Source: a virus
Length of the DNA stretch: 64,000 nucleotides
Reading direction: 5' to 3' (one strand)
Virus record (IMG/VR): IMGVR_UViG_3300031695_000001
This document shows positions 37,141 to 48,215 of this stretch, piece after piece. Position numbers and translations under genes: made by a program. Under the pieces are notes generated by a model, which had not been told where the DNA came from, ran no database searches, and was given only the letters and a program-made list of their open reading frames with translations. The number at the start of each line of letters is the position of its first letter. Position 1 is the stretch's first letter.

Positions 37141-40100
37141 TTAGTTCAGTAAGAACATTTGTAGTGCTACTGGCGCACCTGCTATTCCGCCTTTGAAGTT
37201 CACTACATTATTTATGTTAATTGAGCCTCCACTGGTCGTAGATATTTGATTTCCTGTAATTTCAATTACACCTGCTGTTACACTGTTTACGTTTAGTGTA
37301 GCAACACCACCACCTATTTGTGATGTAATGTAAGTTTTAATTGCTTTTTGTGTTGGAACAATACTGTCACTATCTGCACTAAATGTACCATCTGTGCTAA
37401 ACTCACTAATAACAGCTCCGTTGCCACCTAATGCAACACTACCTAATTGCAATTCATTAAGTCCGGATATATTAAACGCTTCAACGTTTAGTGTAGCAAT
37501 ACCAGTTGCCTGTTCAACGTTAAACAAGCCACCAACTCTAAAGTTACCATCTTGGTCAGTACTTGTGTAAAACACTCGTCCTCCACCAAAGTTGTTTGTT
37601 TCAACTGCTGGATCTGGAACTGAGCTAGGATCGTTTGGATAGTTAGTATTAGTAAAGTTACCTGTACCAATGTCTAAGAAGTCATGACCAGTTAAACGTA
37701 CCTGGCTAAATCTTCTACGTATTGTAATTGCATCATCATGCGGTGGACGTTCTGATGCTAATATTGTTGGACTTATTTGTAGTAACGCACTATATGGTCC
37801 GTTGCCTACTAAGCCTGTAACAGCAACTAACTTATACCAGGTATTAGCTCTACTTGCAAATTCTACGTTTGACCCTTTTTGTGGACTAGCTGTTAACCCA
37901 TCAACTCGTATTTTAGTACCAGTTTGTTTAATATCAGCGTAACCATCTCCGTTAACTGTTCCGGTAGCAGTGATGTAACCTGTACCTCTATTAGAGAATG
38001 TAGGTTGTGTAAGTACTGCGTTGCCAACTCGAACAGTATGTGCCATTTCAATTGTATTGTTAGGATCAACTAGTGTCATAACTGGCGGACTTGCAATACT
38101 GTAGCCGCTTCCAGGATTAATAATTCTAACTTCAATAACCTTTTCATCTGATACTCTTGCTCTTCCTCGTGCTCGAGTACCGCTTGCTGGCGCCGCAAAT
38201 ACTACTCTAGGTGATATTATATATGCAGTAGTTGAATCTAGTGAGCTTACTATTCCTGTACCAATTGCATGATCCCAGCCAGCCGCACCGTTTGAATCTT
38301 TAAACACAGTTGCTACCTTAGATCCTGAATTATATACACCAATAACTCCATATTGTCCTGCACCTAATCCACTAGTAATGTAAATTGACATTCCATTATA
38401 TGCACCTGTTGCGTTAACATCAGTAGCCGCTAAACTAATTTGTGTTGCGTTACCTGCTTGTGCGTTACTTGCAACTTCTTTATATCCGTCACCGCCGTAT
38501 GTTGCACTGTCTGAATCAATTTGTATTTCATACACGCCGCCGTTAACAACGTTAGTAGCACTAACTGCCGCGCCAAAACCGTCGCCTGCAAATGCCCAAC
38601 GTGTTGCCGCGCCAATTGTTGCTACATCAAATGTACAAACTGCCGCTCCGCCGCCGCCTACTAAGTTATCAGCAACAGTAATAGTGTCGTTTTCTGCATG
38701 ACCAGTACCACCTTTAACTACTGTTACTGCATACGTGCCATTTGCTTCAACTTGAATACTAAATTCTTGTCCAGTACCACTGCCAGCTGATGAGCCAACA
38801 ATGCCGTGATATGTTCCTTTAGTACGCGATGCATCTGCACCACTTACTGTGTCAACTGTTAATAATGAACTTGTTTGTTGTGTAGTGTAACCTAAACCAG
38901 CATTTAAATATTCAACTTGTAATATTTGGTTTGCTCCGTCAGTAAATACTGCCGCAACTTGTGCTTCAAGTTGTTGGTTATCAACTTTACCAAGAATTGG
39001 TACTTCTGTACTGTCAATGCCTTCTGCAACTGATCCAAAATCTCCGTAGGAGTTGTTACCGTTTGTAGCACGAACTTTACCGCCTGATTCTGCAAGATAA
39101 CCAATATGACAATAGTATGTAAACACAGATACAAGTTCTGCTCTACCTAAGTTATTAACCCAAAAGCCAATACCGTCACTTAAAATTTGTGTAAAGTCGT
39201 TTGCAACAATCGAATCGTTGCCGCCATTGTGTATTGCTCCGTCTACTTTTAGTCCAATACATGCTGTACCAAAGTTCGATACGTTTTGTACATATGGAGA
39301 TTTTGTAGTGATCCAACCACGAGTATCATCTGGTCCCCAACCTGGATCAAGACTTACAAATGCTCCTGCACTTGGACGTCTAGTTCCGTATGAATTGGCA
39401 CTACCTAATGCTCCTGACAATCCACTTAATGAACAGTTTCTTAGTCCACTACCGTTACGCATGTAGAACATATCTTCTAAATTGTTATTCGAAAGCGCAT
39501 TTAAGTAATAACGTCCTGCCATAAACACTTCATAGTTTGAACCAAATATTAAGTCTATTTTAACTGCATCAATATATCTGTTGACATCTCGCGCACAAGC
39601 TGTTATAGTATAATTGTAGTTTGCATATGTAGCCGAAATATAAGCATGAACTTCTGCAATCATATATGCTCTGTTTTGCTCAAGTATTTCTACAGCATAT
39701 GTAAATCCTGTAGTTGCATTTGGAATAAGTTGTCCTCTATATTGAGGTACTGTACTATCACCAGATGCTCCGTTTGCACCAAAGTCAATATAATCTGCAA
39801 GCTCTGTAAACAAGTTAGAAGCATATGCGCCTGCTGCCGATGAACCTGCTGGGCGTGTTACTACTTGTGTTACACTATTACCAGTTGACTCAGTAACGTT
39901 ACCGTTTGTTATAATTGTTGATGCTATTGCCGCAAGTCGTGTTATTGCCGCAATACTCTTTGGAACATCCTCTGATGCTGTTGCTGTAGCTGCCGGACTA
40001 ATTTTAGTTGAACGTAATTCGTCTCCTACAATCGCTGTATCTTCAGGAACCCTAATAGGAAGGAATTCATAAAACTGTCCTGTTTTAACAAATACTGTTT

Positions 40101-42531
40101 TGTTAGCCTTTTGTGCTATTGGAACACTGTTAGTGTTACCAGCTTTAATACATGCTGTTGCTAAACCAAGTAAGTGTCTAGCAGTTGGAAGTACGCCAGG
40201 TCCTGTAACTGCGTTTTCATCTGATCTAACCCATAAGTGTGCTGTTACATTACTTGATACTCCTACGTTAACTGTAATAGTAGTTGACGTTATTGCAGTA
40301 ATTACCCTAAATGTTCCTGATGCTGGATCAGTTGTTCTAGGATAAAGATGTTCAGTAGCATGGCTATCTTGAGCACAAGTAAATGTTAATGAATTTTCAG
40401 CAATACTAACAGTTCCGCCTACTTTAAACGGATGCACTCCGATAGTAAGTACTAGTACGCCCGAAGCTGGAGCATAAGTTGACGCAGTTGGTTTATACAT
40501 TGCACTTTGTGAAGTTGCAAGTGTTGCTGGTGTTAATTGCGTAATTGGTGTACTTACACTGTTTAATCCTTGATAGTTTAATGCTGGAGCAGTTTTTTCC
40601 ATTACATGAGATACAAGTAATTTAAGATAATTAATTGCCGCTATTGTTTGGTTTTCTTGTCCTGCTACTTGGCTCGTTGCACCTACAAAATATGCTAATG
40701 CGGCTAACCTAGATCTAACGTTTCCACCGTGACTAATATCCCATATAATTGCATCAATTAGCTGTCCAGTGTCTCGACGACATGTTTCTTTAGTATATGT
40801 AAAGCCACTAGTAAACGGTGCTCTATTATTTGAAACACCATGATCGATCCATTCAACAACCTCAGCTTGCATAAATGCTCTGTTTTGTGCTAACAGTTGT
40901 CTATCGTCTGCGTTAAATGCACCCTTTTCAATTTGTTCACATGCAAATCTTACAGTCTTAAATGGTCTGTCCATTGTAATACCGTAACTAGGTGCGTCAC
41001 CGTCGACACCTTTGTTGTAATCACAATAGTAAACATGATTAACAAATCCAAAGTATGTCCATTCTGGAGCCGTTGCATCGTCATTAACTTTTAATACTTG
41101 TCCAACTTTGCCAATTGGCAATCTTGCTGGACCTGATCCACCGTAATAAAGCAAATCGCCTGCTGTGGTTAAGTTGCCTGATTCTGCACCACCTGATAAG
41201 AAGTTCCAATATGTGCCCGGACCGTCATTTGCAGGATCATTAACACCTGTGTTTGAAGTGTGTGCTAGTATACAAATGTATGCGTTTACGCTTTGCGTTA
41301 CAACATCACCTGCATCATACAATGTAGAGTTAGTAAATGCCGATTTCCATGCCGCACCTTCGTTTAATCTGTCCCAATATGTTGAGTTTGGAGGACGTTG
41401 TCCATTCGAGTTTTTTGTAGCTAGATATGTATAGCCACCTAAACGTACTACGTCACCTGTTCTATAATCCTGCGAACTACTATCGTCTCCATAGTCTCCA
41501 ACTAAGTTAAATCCAGTTACAAACACTGCCCAATCTGAGGCTTGTTCTGCTGGCTTTTTCTCTATGTTATTAGTTTTAGCAATATATGTATAGCCGCCGT
41601 ATGTTACAATGTCACCTGGCTGATACTCTGAGTATGGTCCCCAAGTGTCTTCGAACTCTAAACCTGCAACAAATATTGCCCATTTAGATTCATCTAATCT
41701 TAAATTTGGTGCAGTTGCATTTGAAGTGTGATGAGTAGTACAAATCCATGTACCGCCTGAATCTTTTACAACATCGTTAATTTTGTAGCGTTTAGCATTT
41801 GCCCACTCGCCTAAGTATTCAATACCTTTATGAAAGTAATCCCATTTTGCTTGGTCAGCTTCAAGACCTCCAGCAACAGTGGCTGCTGATGTGTGTCCAG
41901 TTTTTGCTCTATAAACTTGACCGCCATATCTAGCTAAGTCGCCTACTCGATAACGTGTGCTAACTTGCCACACATCTTTCCAGTCTTGACCATCGCTCAT
42001 CATATCCCAGTTAGCTTGGTTTAATTCTAAGCCTGATGTAGTATTAGGAGCACTTACGTGATATACTGTACAAATATAAATTCTAGATCCATACTTAACA
42101 ATGTCGTTAACTTTGTAACGATAGTTTATTGCCCAGTCAGCTTTGTAATCAAATCCTTCCGAAAATAGATCCCATTTAGCTGAAGAACTGTCATCACCTA
42201 ACGTAGCTTCAAGACCACCTATAAGATCATCGTCGGAAATATGTCCAGTATTACAAATATACAGTAAAGATCCATATTTTACAACATCGTTAATTTTATA
42301 AACTGTTTGTACAGTCCATTCGCCTTTCCATGTTTGACCATCGGAAAATTGTTGCCACTTTGGTGTTGCATTATTTAGATCTAACATAAAATCTGTTTGA
42401 GCAATGTGCCCGACTACACATATGAACGTCTTACCGCCATATCTTACTACATCGTCTTTATAGTAAGTGGTAGAAGAAGTCCATTCGTCTTTCCAAATAA
42501 ACCTAATTCTACCTAATTTAAACTCTGCCAT
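37141..42531 (-). CDS. giant tail fibre/spike-like protein, 1796 aa
   Basis: N-terminal W-x4-Y-x2-[GN]D-x-V-x-YGG repeats (CBM5/12-like), CxRD repeats, beta-helix-like core (GDELRS, SPYVQN, NDFTQ), C-terminal GHDFLDIG...STDQDGNFRVG. Late box at 42556-42562. Confidence 0.75.
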   Translation of the reverse strand: MAEFKLGRIRFIWKDEWTSSTTYYKDDVVRYGGKTFICVVGHIAQTDFMLDLNNATPKWQQFSDGQTWKGEWTVQTVYKINDVVKYGSLLYICNTGHISDDDLIGGLEATLGDDSSSAKWDLFSEGFDYKADWAINYRYKVNDIVKYGSRIYICTVYHVSAPNTTSGLELNQANWDMMSDGQDWKDVWQVSTRYRVGDLARYGGQVYRAKTGHTSAATVAGGLEADQAKWDYFHKGIEYLGEWANAKRYKINDVVKDSGGTWICTTHHTSNATAPNLRLDESKWAIFVAGLEFEDTWGPYSEYQPGDIVTYGGYTYIAKTNNIEKKPAEQASDWAVFVTGFNLVGDYGDDSSSQDYRTGDVVRLGGYTYLATKNSNGQRPPNSTYWDRLNEGAAWKSAFTNSTLYDAGDVVTQSVNAYICILAHTSNTGVNDPANDGPGTYWNFLSGGAESGNLTTAGDLLYYGGSGPARLPIGKVGQVLKVNDDATAPEWTYFGFVNHVYYCDYNKGVDGDAPSYGITMDRPFKTVRFACEQIEKGAFNADDRQLLAQNRAFMQAEVVEWIDHGVSNNRAPFTSGFTYTKETCRRDTGQLIDAIIWDISHGGNVRSRLAALAYFVGATSQVAGQENQTIAAINYLKLLVSHVMEKTAPALNYQGLNSVSTPITQLTPATLATSQSAMYKPTASTYAPASGVLVLTIGVHPFKVGGTVSIAENSLTFTCAQDSHATEHLYPRTTDPASGTFRVITAITSTTITVNVGVSSNVTAHLWVRSDENAVTGPGVLPTARHLLGLATACIKAGNTNSVPIAQKANKTVFVKTGQFYEFLPIRVPEDTAIVGDELRSTKISPAATATASEDVPKSIAAITRLAAIASTIITNGNVTESTGNSVTQVVTRPAGSSAAGAYASNLFTELADYIDFGANGASGDSTVPQYRGQLIPNATTGFTYAVEILEQNRAYMIAEVHAYISATYANYNYTITACARDVNRYIDAVKIDLIFGSNYEVFMAGRYYLNALSNNNLEDMFYMRNGSGLRNCSLSGLSGALGSANSYGTRRPSAGAFVSLDPGWGPDDTRGWITTKSPYVQNVSNFGTACIGLKVDGAIHNGGNDSIVANDFTQILSDGIGFWVNNLGRAELVSVFTYYCHIGYLAESGGKVRATNGNNSYGDFGSVAEGIDSTEVPILGKVDNQQLEAQVAAVFTDGANQILQVEYLNAGLGYTTQQTSSLLTVDTVSGADASRTKGTYHGIVGSSAGSGTGQEFSIQVEANGTYAVTVVKGGTGHAENDTITVADNLVGGGGAAVCTFDVATIGAATRWAFAGDGFGAAVSATNVVNGGVYEIQIDSDSATYGGDGYKEVASNAQAGNATQISLAATDVNATGAYNGMSIYITSGLGAGQYGVIGVYNSGSKVATVFKDSNGAAGWDHAIGTGIVSSLDSTTAYIISPRVVFAAPASGTRARGRARVSDEKVIEVRIINPGSGYSIASPPVMTLVDPNNTIEMAHTVRVGNAVLTQPTFSNRGTGYITATGTVNGDGYADIKQTGTKIRVDGLTASPQKGSNVEFASRANTWYKLVAVTGLVGNGPYSALLQISPTILASERPPHDDAITIRRRFSQVRLTGHDFLDIGTGNFTNTNYPNDPSSVPDPAVETNNFGGGRVFYTSTDQDGNFRVGGLFNVEQATGIATLNVEAFNISGLNELQLGSVALGGNGAVISEFSTDGTFSADSDSIVPTQKAIKTYITSQIGGGVATLNVNSVTAGVIEITGNQISTTSGGSININNVVNFKGGIAGAPVALQMFLLN

Positions 42532-42603
42532 GGGTCACTCCAATGTTATTATTAGTATTTATCAAAACCCTAAACTCCTCAACTATTCTTAATTTTGTTT
42601 GCA

Positions 42604-45600
42604 TTAGAATGCCCCTCCTGCAAAGAACGCATGTGCTAACAATGTACCAGCAATACCGTGTGCTACTCCAGGATTTGTTGGATCACCTTGTATATTAACC
42701 GTTGCTAAAATGTTAATTGCTCCATTTAGCGGAGTAAAGATTTCATTTCCTCGAAAGCTAATATTACCTGCGTTTAATCTGTTAACAGCTACGTCTGAGC
42801 CACCACTTGAAATACGTGACTTAACATATATACCAATTGCTTTTTGTGTTGGTACTATGTTATTAGAGTTTGCTGTGAATGTACCGTCTGTACTAAATTC
42901 TCTAACAACTGCTCCTGTGCCTCCAAGCACAACACCGCCTAGGCTTAGTTCTGATAATCCGCTTAGATCAAAGAAACTTGCATTGATTGATATTGTACCA
43001 GTCGACTGTTCAACTTCAAATAACTCACCAACTCTAAAGTTACCATCTTGGTCAGTACTTGTATAAAATACTCGTCCACCATAATATTGTAATACTTCGT
43101 TATATTGTTGTGGTTCGTTTGTTGCATCAAATCCAAATGTATATAATCCAGGATATGCTGTATCTCCAAAGTTACCAGAACCAATATCTAAGAAATCGTG
43201 TCCAGTAAGTCTAATTTGGCTATAGTTTTCTCGTAGTGTAACAGACGTACCGTGGACTGGAGATTCTGCTCTACCAAATGCTGGGCTAACTTGGAATGTT
43301 GCTTTAAAGACAGGAGCAGTTCCTGAATTTGATACTGTTTTAACAACATAATAAGTAACTCCGTCAATGCCGCCAATAGCAATGTTATCACCTGGTCCGG
43401 GTAACTTTGTTAAATTTTCAACTGTTAGCGTATCTGTTATTTGCAAAATGTCAGCAAAGCCGTCGCCGGCAGTAATTTTAGCCGTTGCACTAAAGTATCC
43501 CGTGCCTCTATTTGTATAAGATGGCCATCCAAGTACTCCGTTATTAACACTAACACTAGTTGTAACGTCTAATGTAGCTTGTGGATCAAATACTGTAATT
43601 GTCGGAGGACTTGCTTCGTTATAATAACTTCCTGGGTTGCTTATAATGAAGGTACCGATCCTGTTACTACCAACAATTGCAATTGCTTCTGCTTTTGCTC
43701 CAGTAACAATTCTTGTCGCGTCGTTTGAACCTACTGATACTCCAACCCACACGCCGTTGTTGGCTGCAATGCCGGTCCAGTCTTGCGCTGCCAGTGTTAT
43801 TTTACTTGTCCAAGTAAATCCATCTCTACTAAGTGCTACTATATCAGATAACGGATTAAGTGATACAAACAGTCCTTGGTTGTAAGAAAGATCTCTCCAT
43901 TTTCCTGTTTCCATACTACCTGCATGCCAAGTTATCCCGTCTAAACTAACGGCTGTTGGGCATGCTGTACTATCGTCCTTTTCGCTTATAGCAACAAATC
44001 TGTCATTGCCGTAAATTACTTTATTCCATTCTTGACTTGATGGTAGTGCAACTTCTGTCCAACTGGCTGCGTCATCACTACTATACATTGCTTTGTTGCC
44101 GCCACCTTGTATAATTACAAACTTACCTGCACCGTACGCACAACTTGCCCAATCAGCAGTTACGCCTACATCAACACTAGACCAAGCTGTGCCATTGTTA
44201 GTTGATTTTGCAATAGTCGTTCCGCCTGTACTGTCAGAAGTTCTAGCTACTGCAATTTTAACTTGTGATCCAGTTTCTGTACTTCCTACTACATCAGACC
44301 AATCTAATGAAGTTGGCAATGTAGTGGCTGTCCAAGATGTTCCGTCTGTAGAATAAGCCGAAGCACTTCCGCCTTCTGCAACAGCTACATAGTAACCGTT
44401 GCTAAAAGTAACAGCTGACCAATCTGCTGTTGAGGGCATAGTTGTGCCGGACCAAGATGATCCATCTGCTGATAATCCAGCAGTAGTTGACCCTTTTGCA
44501 ACAGCTACATATCCATTAGTGCCGTAAGTAATAGCTGACCAATTAGCTACACCAGGTAGTGTAATTGTACTACTTACATACGTTGGTTCCGGTATATCTA
44601 CTCTTGGTTCAATCACATAATATGTACTATTATCAAATGCAACTTCGTTGGGCATTCCTGTAACATGTTCCCAACCAGGTTCGCCGTTTGATTCTTTTTC
44701 AACTATGACTTGTTTTATATCCGATCTAAACGTTTTAATTTTAGCGTATTGTCCGGTTCCTGTGCCCGACGAAATTCTTACTCGCATACCTTGGTATTTT
44801 GCAGGTGTTCCTGTATCTGCACCTGATAGTATAATTTCAGTAGCAGTACCCGACTGTGCTTTGTTCAATACATATTGATAGTTCGCTCCGCCTATAAAGT
44901 TAGAGTCTTCTTCAGATGCAAATATTTCATTAATACCGCCACTTCTAAACTCAGTGTATTTTGGATCGGCTCCTGTACCAACACTAGTTAGTGCCACAAG
45001 TGCGCTAGTATAATCTTGTCCGGCATTAGAATAACCAAACCCACCTATTGTATTTTGGTTGTTGTACACATTATAAATTTGTGCTTCGTTTGCTCTATTA
45101 TTTACTGTTGCTGTTGCTGGAGTTTCGCCAATATTAAACCCTTCAGCAACTGATCCGTACAACCCGTAAGAGTTGTTACCATTCAATGCTCGAATTTTGC
45201 CGCCAGCAGTAGCTAAGTATCCAATATGACAGTAGTATGTAAACACAGATACAAGCTCTGATCTACCATCAGCATTAACCCAGTATCCAATACCATCACT
45301 TAAAATTTGTGTAAAGTCGTTTGCAACCATTGACTTGTTGCCGCCGCCGTGTAAGTTTCCGTCAATTTTCATACCTACACACCCTGTACCAAATGTTGAT
45401 ACGTTTTGTACATATGGAGATTTATTAGTGATCCAAGCATATGAATCACTAGGGCCACTTGCAGGATCTAATGAAACATATGCTCCACCATTTGGGCGTC
45501 TTGTTAAGTTATCATTAGTAGCGCCTAACGTACCGAGCTTACCAGACAATGTCATATTGCGTAATCCAGTACCGTTGTGCATGTAAAACATATCAGTTGC

Positions 45601-47463
45601 TTCATAACCAGCCGCTGGTTGTACTGTTACACTTCTTAATTCGTCACCAACAATAGCAACATCTGCCGGAACAATAATTGGCAATACTTCTTGATATATT
45701 CCTGTTGCTATGAATATAGTTGCAGGTGCTCTAGCTGCCGTATCACCTCTGATATATTGACATGCATAATTTAAAGATGCATACGGAGTATCTGCACTGC
45801 CGCCAAACCCTACTGCATCTGTACCCTCCATTGAAACGTAATAAACCTTTACTGTTTGGTTTAACCCTTCCCATTTAACTGTAGCATCTTCGGCTACTTT
45901 AACTACTTGTCCCTTTACACCTATAGTAAGGTTTGTAGGAGCAACTGTGCTGCCATCATAAGAAGTATTAAATGTTCGTATATCACCTCGATACCTTAAT
46001 GCATTATTTGATGCCGATGTTGAACTACCAAAGTATATACTCCAATACTCAAATGCTCCAGTTTCTGTGTCAGTGTCAAAAATTGGTCTTGCTTCAAATA
46101 TATTACTGTAATGTGTTTTCTTACAAATATACGAAACACTCTGGTCTAGAACAACGTCGCCAGGATAGTATTGCAAATACGTACTATCAGATGCATCATC
46201 TACAGTCTGATAACCACCGTATTCTCTCCATTCACCCTGCCACATTATTCCAGTTTTAAGTAGTAACCATTTTGTTATTCCTTCTACAGGAGGATCACTT
46301 TCTGCATCGCCTGGCTCTATTAATTGAGCCGCTGTAATATTAACTCTAGCTTCGTACAAGTATCCGTTTTTGCGTACTACACTACCCGAAACATAAGTTT
46401 TGGTTATGTCCCAATCGCCTTTCAACTTGTAGCCTCTAGTTAATAATTCCCATTCACCTGCGTCTTGTGCTACTCCATATTCGTTAGGCAAAATGTTTGT
46501 AACAATTTGTAATGCAGTATACGAGTATCCGCCGTATGTTACAATATCACCTGGTTGGTATACTGTAGTACTAAGCCATTCAGTTTCGTATCCAAGTCCA
46601 GGTATCCATAGATCCCAATCATTAGCTAGATCAAACACATCAGTTCCGGACATTCCGCGCTTTGCTTTATACAAACTAGATCCGTATTTTACAATGTCAT
46701 TAGTTTTGTGGTATAACCCGCTCCATTCGCCTTTGTATTCAATTCCTTCAACAATTAGTTCCCATTTAGCCGCTGACGAATCTAAACCTAAATCAGTTCC
46801 AATTCCTTCTTGTATTCCGTCATTACTAGTATGACCAATTGTACATCTATAAACGTTGCCACCGTAACGTACTATATCATCTTTAATATATCTAGTTCCA
46901 ACAGCCCAGTTATCTTTCCAATAATCACTTCTTTGTAAAGTTGACCAGTTGCCTTGATTATATTCTAATCCGTTGTTTGTAGTATTTGATTGATGATTAG
47001 TTATACATAAGTACACAATGCCGTTATATCGCACTACATCATTCTTTTTGTATTCAGTATATGCACTCCATACGTTTAACCAGTTATAGCCTTTAGCAAA
47101 CGGAGCCCACTTTGCTTGATCAGTTTCTAATCCCAATGCCACACTTGACGCACTAGAATGACTATCAATACAATTGTAAAGTATTCCTCTATATTTTACT
47201 AAGTCGTTTACTTTATAAAATGTCGAAGGTAACCAGTTGCCTTTCCAGTCAGTGCCGTCGACTACTTGCTCCCATTTAGGAGTAGATTCGCCTGCAACAA
47301 GGAAGTCTAAGTCACTGTTAAAGTCTGCTGATGCAGTATGACTAACTAACGAAACAAAAGTCTTACCACCATATGAAACCATATCGTCTTTAATGTACGC
47401 TGTGGCTCCAGCCCAAGGACCTTTCCAATTGTAACGTATTCTATCAATTCTAAATTCTGCCAT
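42604..47463 (-). CDS. giant tail fibre/spike-like protein, 1619 aa (paralogue of 37141..42531)
   Basis: Same N-terminal Trp repeats, core and C-terminal motifs, plus an inserted S-x-DG-x-[ST]W beta-propeller-like repeat region (~43720-44570). Late box at 47492-47498. Confidence 0.75.
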   Translation of the reverse strand: MAEFRIDRIRYNWKGPWAGATAYIKDDMVSYGGKTFVSLVSHTASADFNSDLDFLVAGESTPKWEQVVDGTDWKGNWLPSTFYKVNDLVKYRGILYNCIDSHSSASSVALGLETDQAKWAPFAKGYNWLNVWSAYTEYKKNDVVRYNGIVYLCITNHQSNTTNNGLEYNQGNWSTLQRSDYWKDNWAVGTRYIKDDIVRYGGNVYRCTIGHTSNDGIQEGIGTDLGLDSSAAKWELIVEGIEYKGEWSGLYHKTNDIVKYGSSLYKAKRGMSGTDVFDLANDWDLWIPGLGYETEWLSTTVYQPGDIVTYGGYSYTALQIVTNILPNEYGVAQDAGEWELLTRGYKLKGDWDITKTYVSGSVVRKNGYLYEARVNITAAQLIEPGDAESDPPVEGITKWLLLKTGIMWQGEWREYGGYQTVDDASDSTYLQYYPGDVVLDQSVSYICKKTHYSNIFEARPIFDTDTETGAFEYWSIYFGSSTSASNNALRYRGDIRTFNTSYDGSTVAPTNLTIGVKGQVVKVAEDATVKWEGLNQTVKVYYVSMEGTDAVGFGGSADTPYASLNYACQYIRGDTAARAPATIFIATGIYQEVLPIIVPADVAIVGDELRSVTVQPAAGYEATDMFYMHNGTGLRNMTLSGKLGTLGATNDNLTRRPNGGAYVSLDPASGPSDSYAWITNKSPYVQNVSTFGTGCVGMKIDGNLHGGGNKSMVANDFTQILSDGIGYWVNADGRSELVSVFTYYCHIGYLATAGGKIRALNGNNSYGLYGSVAEGFNIGETPATATVNNRANEAQIYNVYNNQNTIGGFGYSNAGQDYTSALVALTSVGTGADPKYTEFRSGGINEIFASEEDSNFIGGANYQYVLNKAQSGTATEIILSGADTGTPAKYQGMRVRISSGTGTGQYAKIKTFRSDIKQVIVEKESNGEPGWEHVTGMPNEVAFDNSTYYVIEPRVDIPEPTYVSSTITLPGVANWSAITYGTNGYVAVAKGSTTAGLSADGSSWSGTTMPSTADWSAVTFSNGYYVAVAEGGSASAYSTDGTSWTATTLPTSLDWSDVVGSTETGSQVKIAVARTSDSTGGTTIAKSTNNGTAWSSVDVGVTADWASCAYGAGKFVIIQGGGNKAMYSSDDAASWTEVALPSSQEWNKVIYGNDRFVAISEKDDSTACPTAVSLDGITWHAGSMETGKWRDLSYNQGLFVSLNPLSDIVALSRDGFTWTSKITLAAQDWTGIAANNGVWVGVSVGSNDATRIVTGAKAEAIAIVGSNRIGTFIISNPGSYYNEASPPTITVFDPQATLDVTTSVSVNNGVLGWPSYTNRGTGYFSATAKITAGDGFADILQITDTLTVENLTKLPGPGDNIAIGGIDGVTYYVVKTVSNSGTAPVFKATFQVSPAFGRAESPVHGTSVTLRENYSQIRLTGHDFLDIGSGNFGDTAYPGLYTFGFDATNEPQQYNEVLQYYGGRVFYTSTDQDGNFRVGELFEVEQSTGTISINASFFDLSGLSELSLGGVVLGGTGAVVREFSTDGTFTANSNNIVPTQKAIGIYVKSRISSGGSDVAVNRLNAGNISFRGNEIFTPLNGAINILATVNIQGDPTNPGVAHGIAGTLLAHAFFAGGAF

Positions 47464-47480
47464 TTTCTTGTCCTAATTCT

Positions 47481-48206
47481 TTAAGTAAGTGTATTTATTT
47501 GGCCGCCCATGCCACTATGATTTACACAATAATAATATAGTGTTGGTGCGTTTACAGGTATTTGTATCTTAACATATGCGCCTTGTACACCTGCTACACC
47601 TAGCTTTGTAACTCCAGTAGTATATTCTACGCCACCGCCCCATGTTCCGTTTGGTGTTATTGAAAATCTAATTGGATGTGTATTGTTACTAACGTTAGCT
47701 TGTCCAAATGTATATGTTTGTCCTTCAAATAAGTTTAGTGTAGGTGTAAGTATATCATTAAGGTAGTATCTATTTCCAGTACCATATCCTGTTGTGCCAG
47801 TTGCAACAGTAACTTTAAAGTGGGTTGGATTGTACGCACTGTTGCCGTCTGTACTTACCCCGGTAGGATACGTGTACGGTCTATTAATTCTTACAACTAG
47901 TTCGCCTTCATCGTTAATATAATAAAACAAATGTCTGTCATCCCAGCGCAGTTGTTCGTATGTTAAGTTTTCATAAACATAGTCATGGTTCTGATCACGT
48001 CCTTCAAAAAAGTCAACGCCTTGTTCAAAGTCACTGTAATTTTTTGTGGGGTCGCCTGGTTTATTAACTTGTATCGATGCATCTGGATCCATTTGATCAA
48101 CTTTTGTAAAAAACAATTCGCCGTCGTCGGTCCTGCGCAGTCCATAAAAGAATCTACCATCTAGTCCATCTAAAACATTTTCTTGATTATTTCCAAAATA
48201 TGCCAT
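47481..48206 (-). CDS. virion protein with C-terminal cupredoxin-like domain
   Basis: PTLNLFEGQTYTF...NNTHP...APTLYYYCVNHSGMGG. Confidence 0.65.
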   Translation of the reverse strand: MAYFGNNQENVLDGLDGRFFYGLRRTDDGELFFTKVDQMDPDASIQVNKPGDPTKNYSDFEQGVDFFEGRDQNHDYVYENLTYEQLRWDDRHLFYYINDEGELVVRINRPYTYPTGVSTDGNSAYNPTHFKVTVATGTTGYGTGNRYYLNDILTPTLNLFEGQTYTFGQANVSNNTHPIRFSITPNGTWGGGVEYTTGVTKLGVAGVQGAYVKIQIPVNAPTLYYYCVNHSGMGGQINTLT

Positions 48207-48215
48207 GTTTTACTC

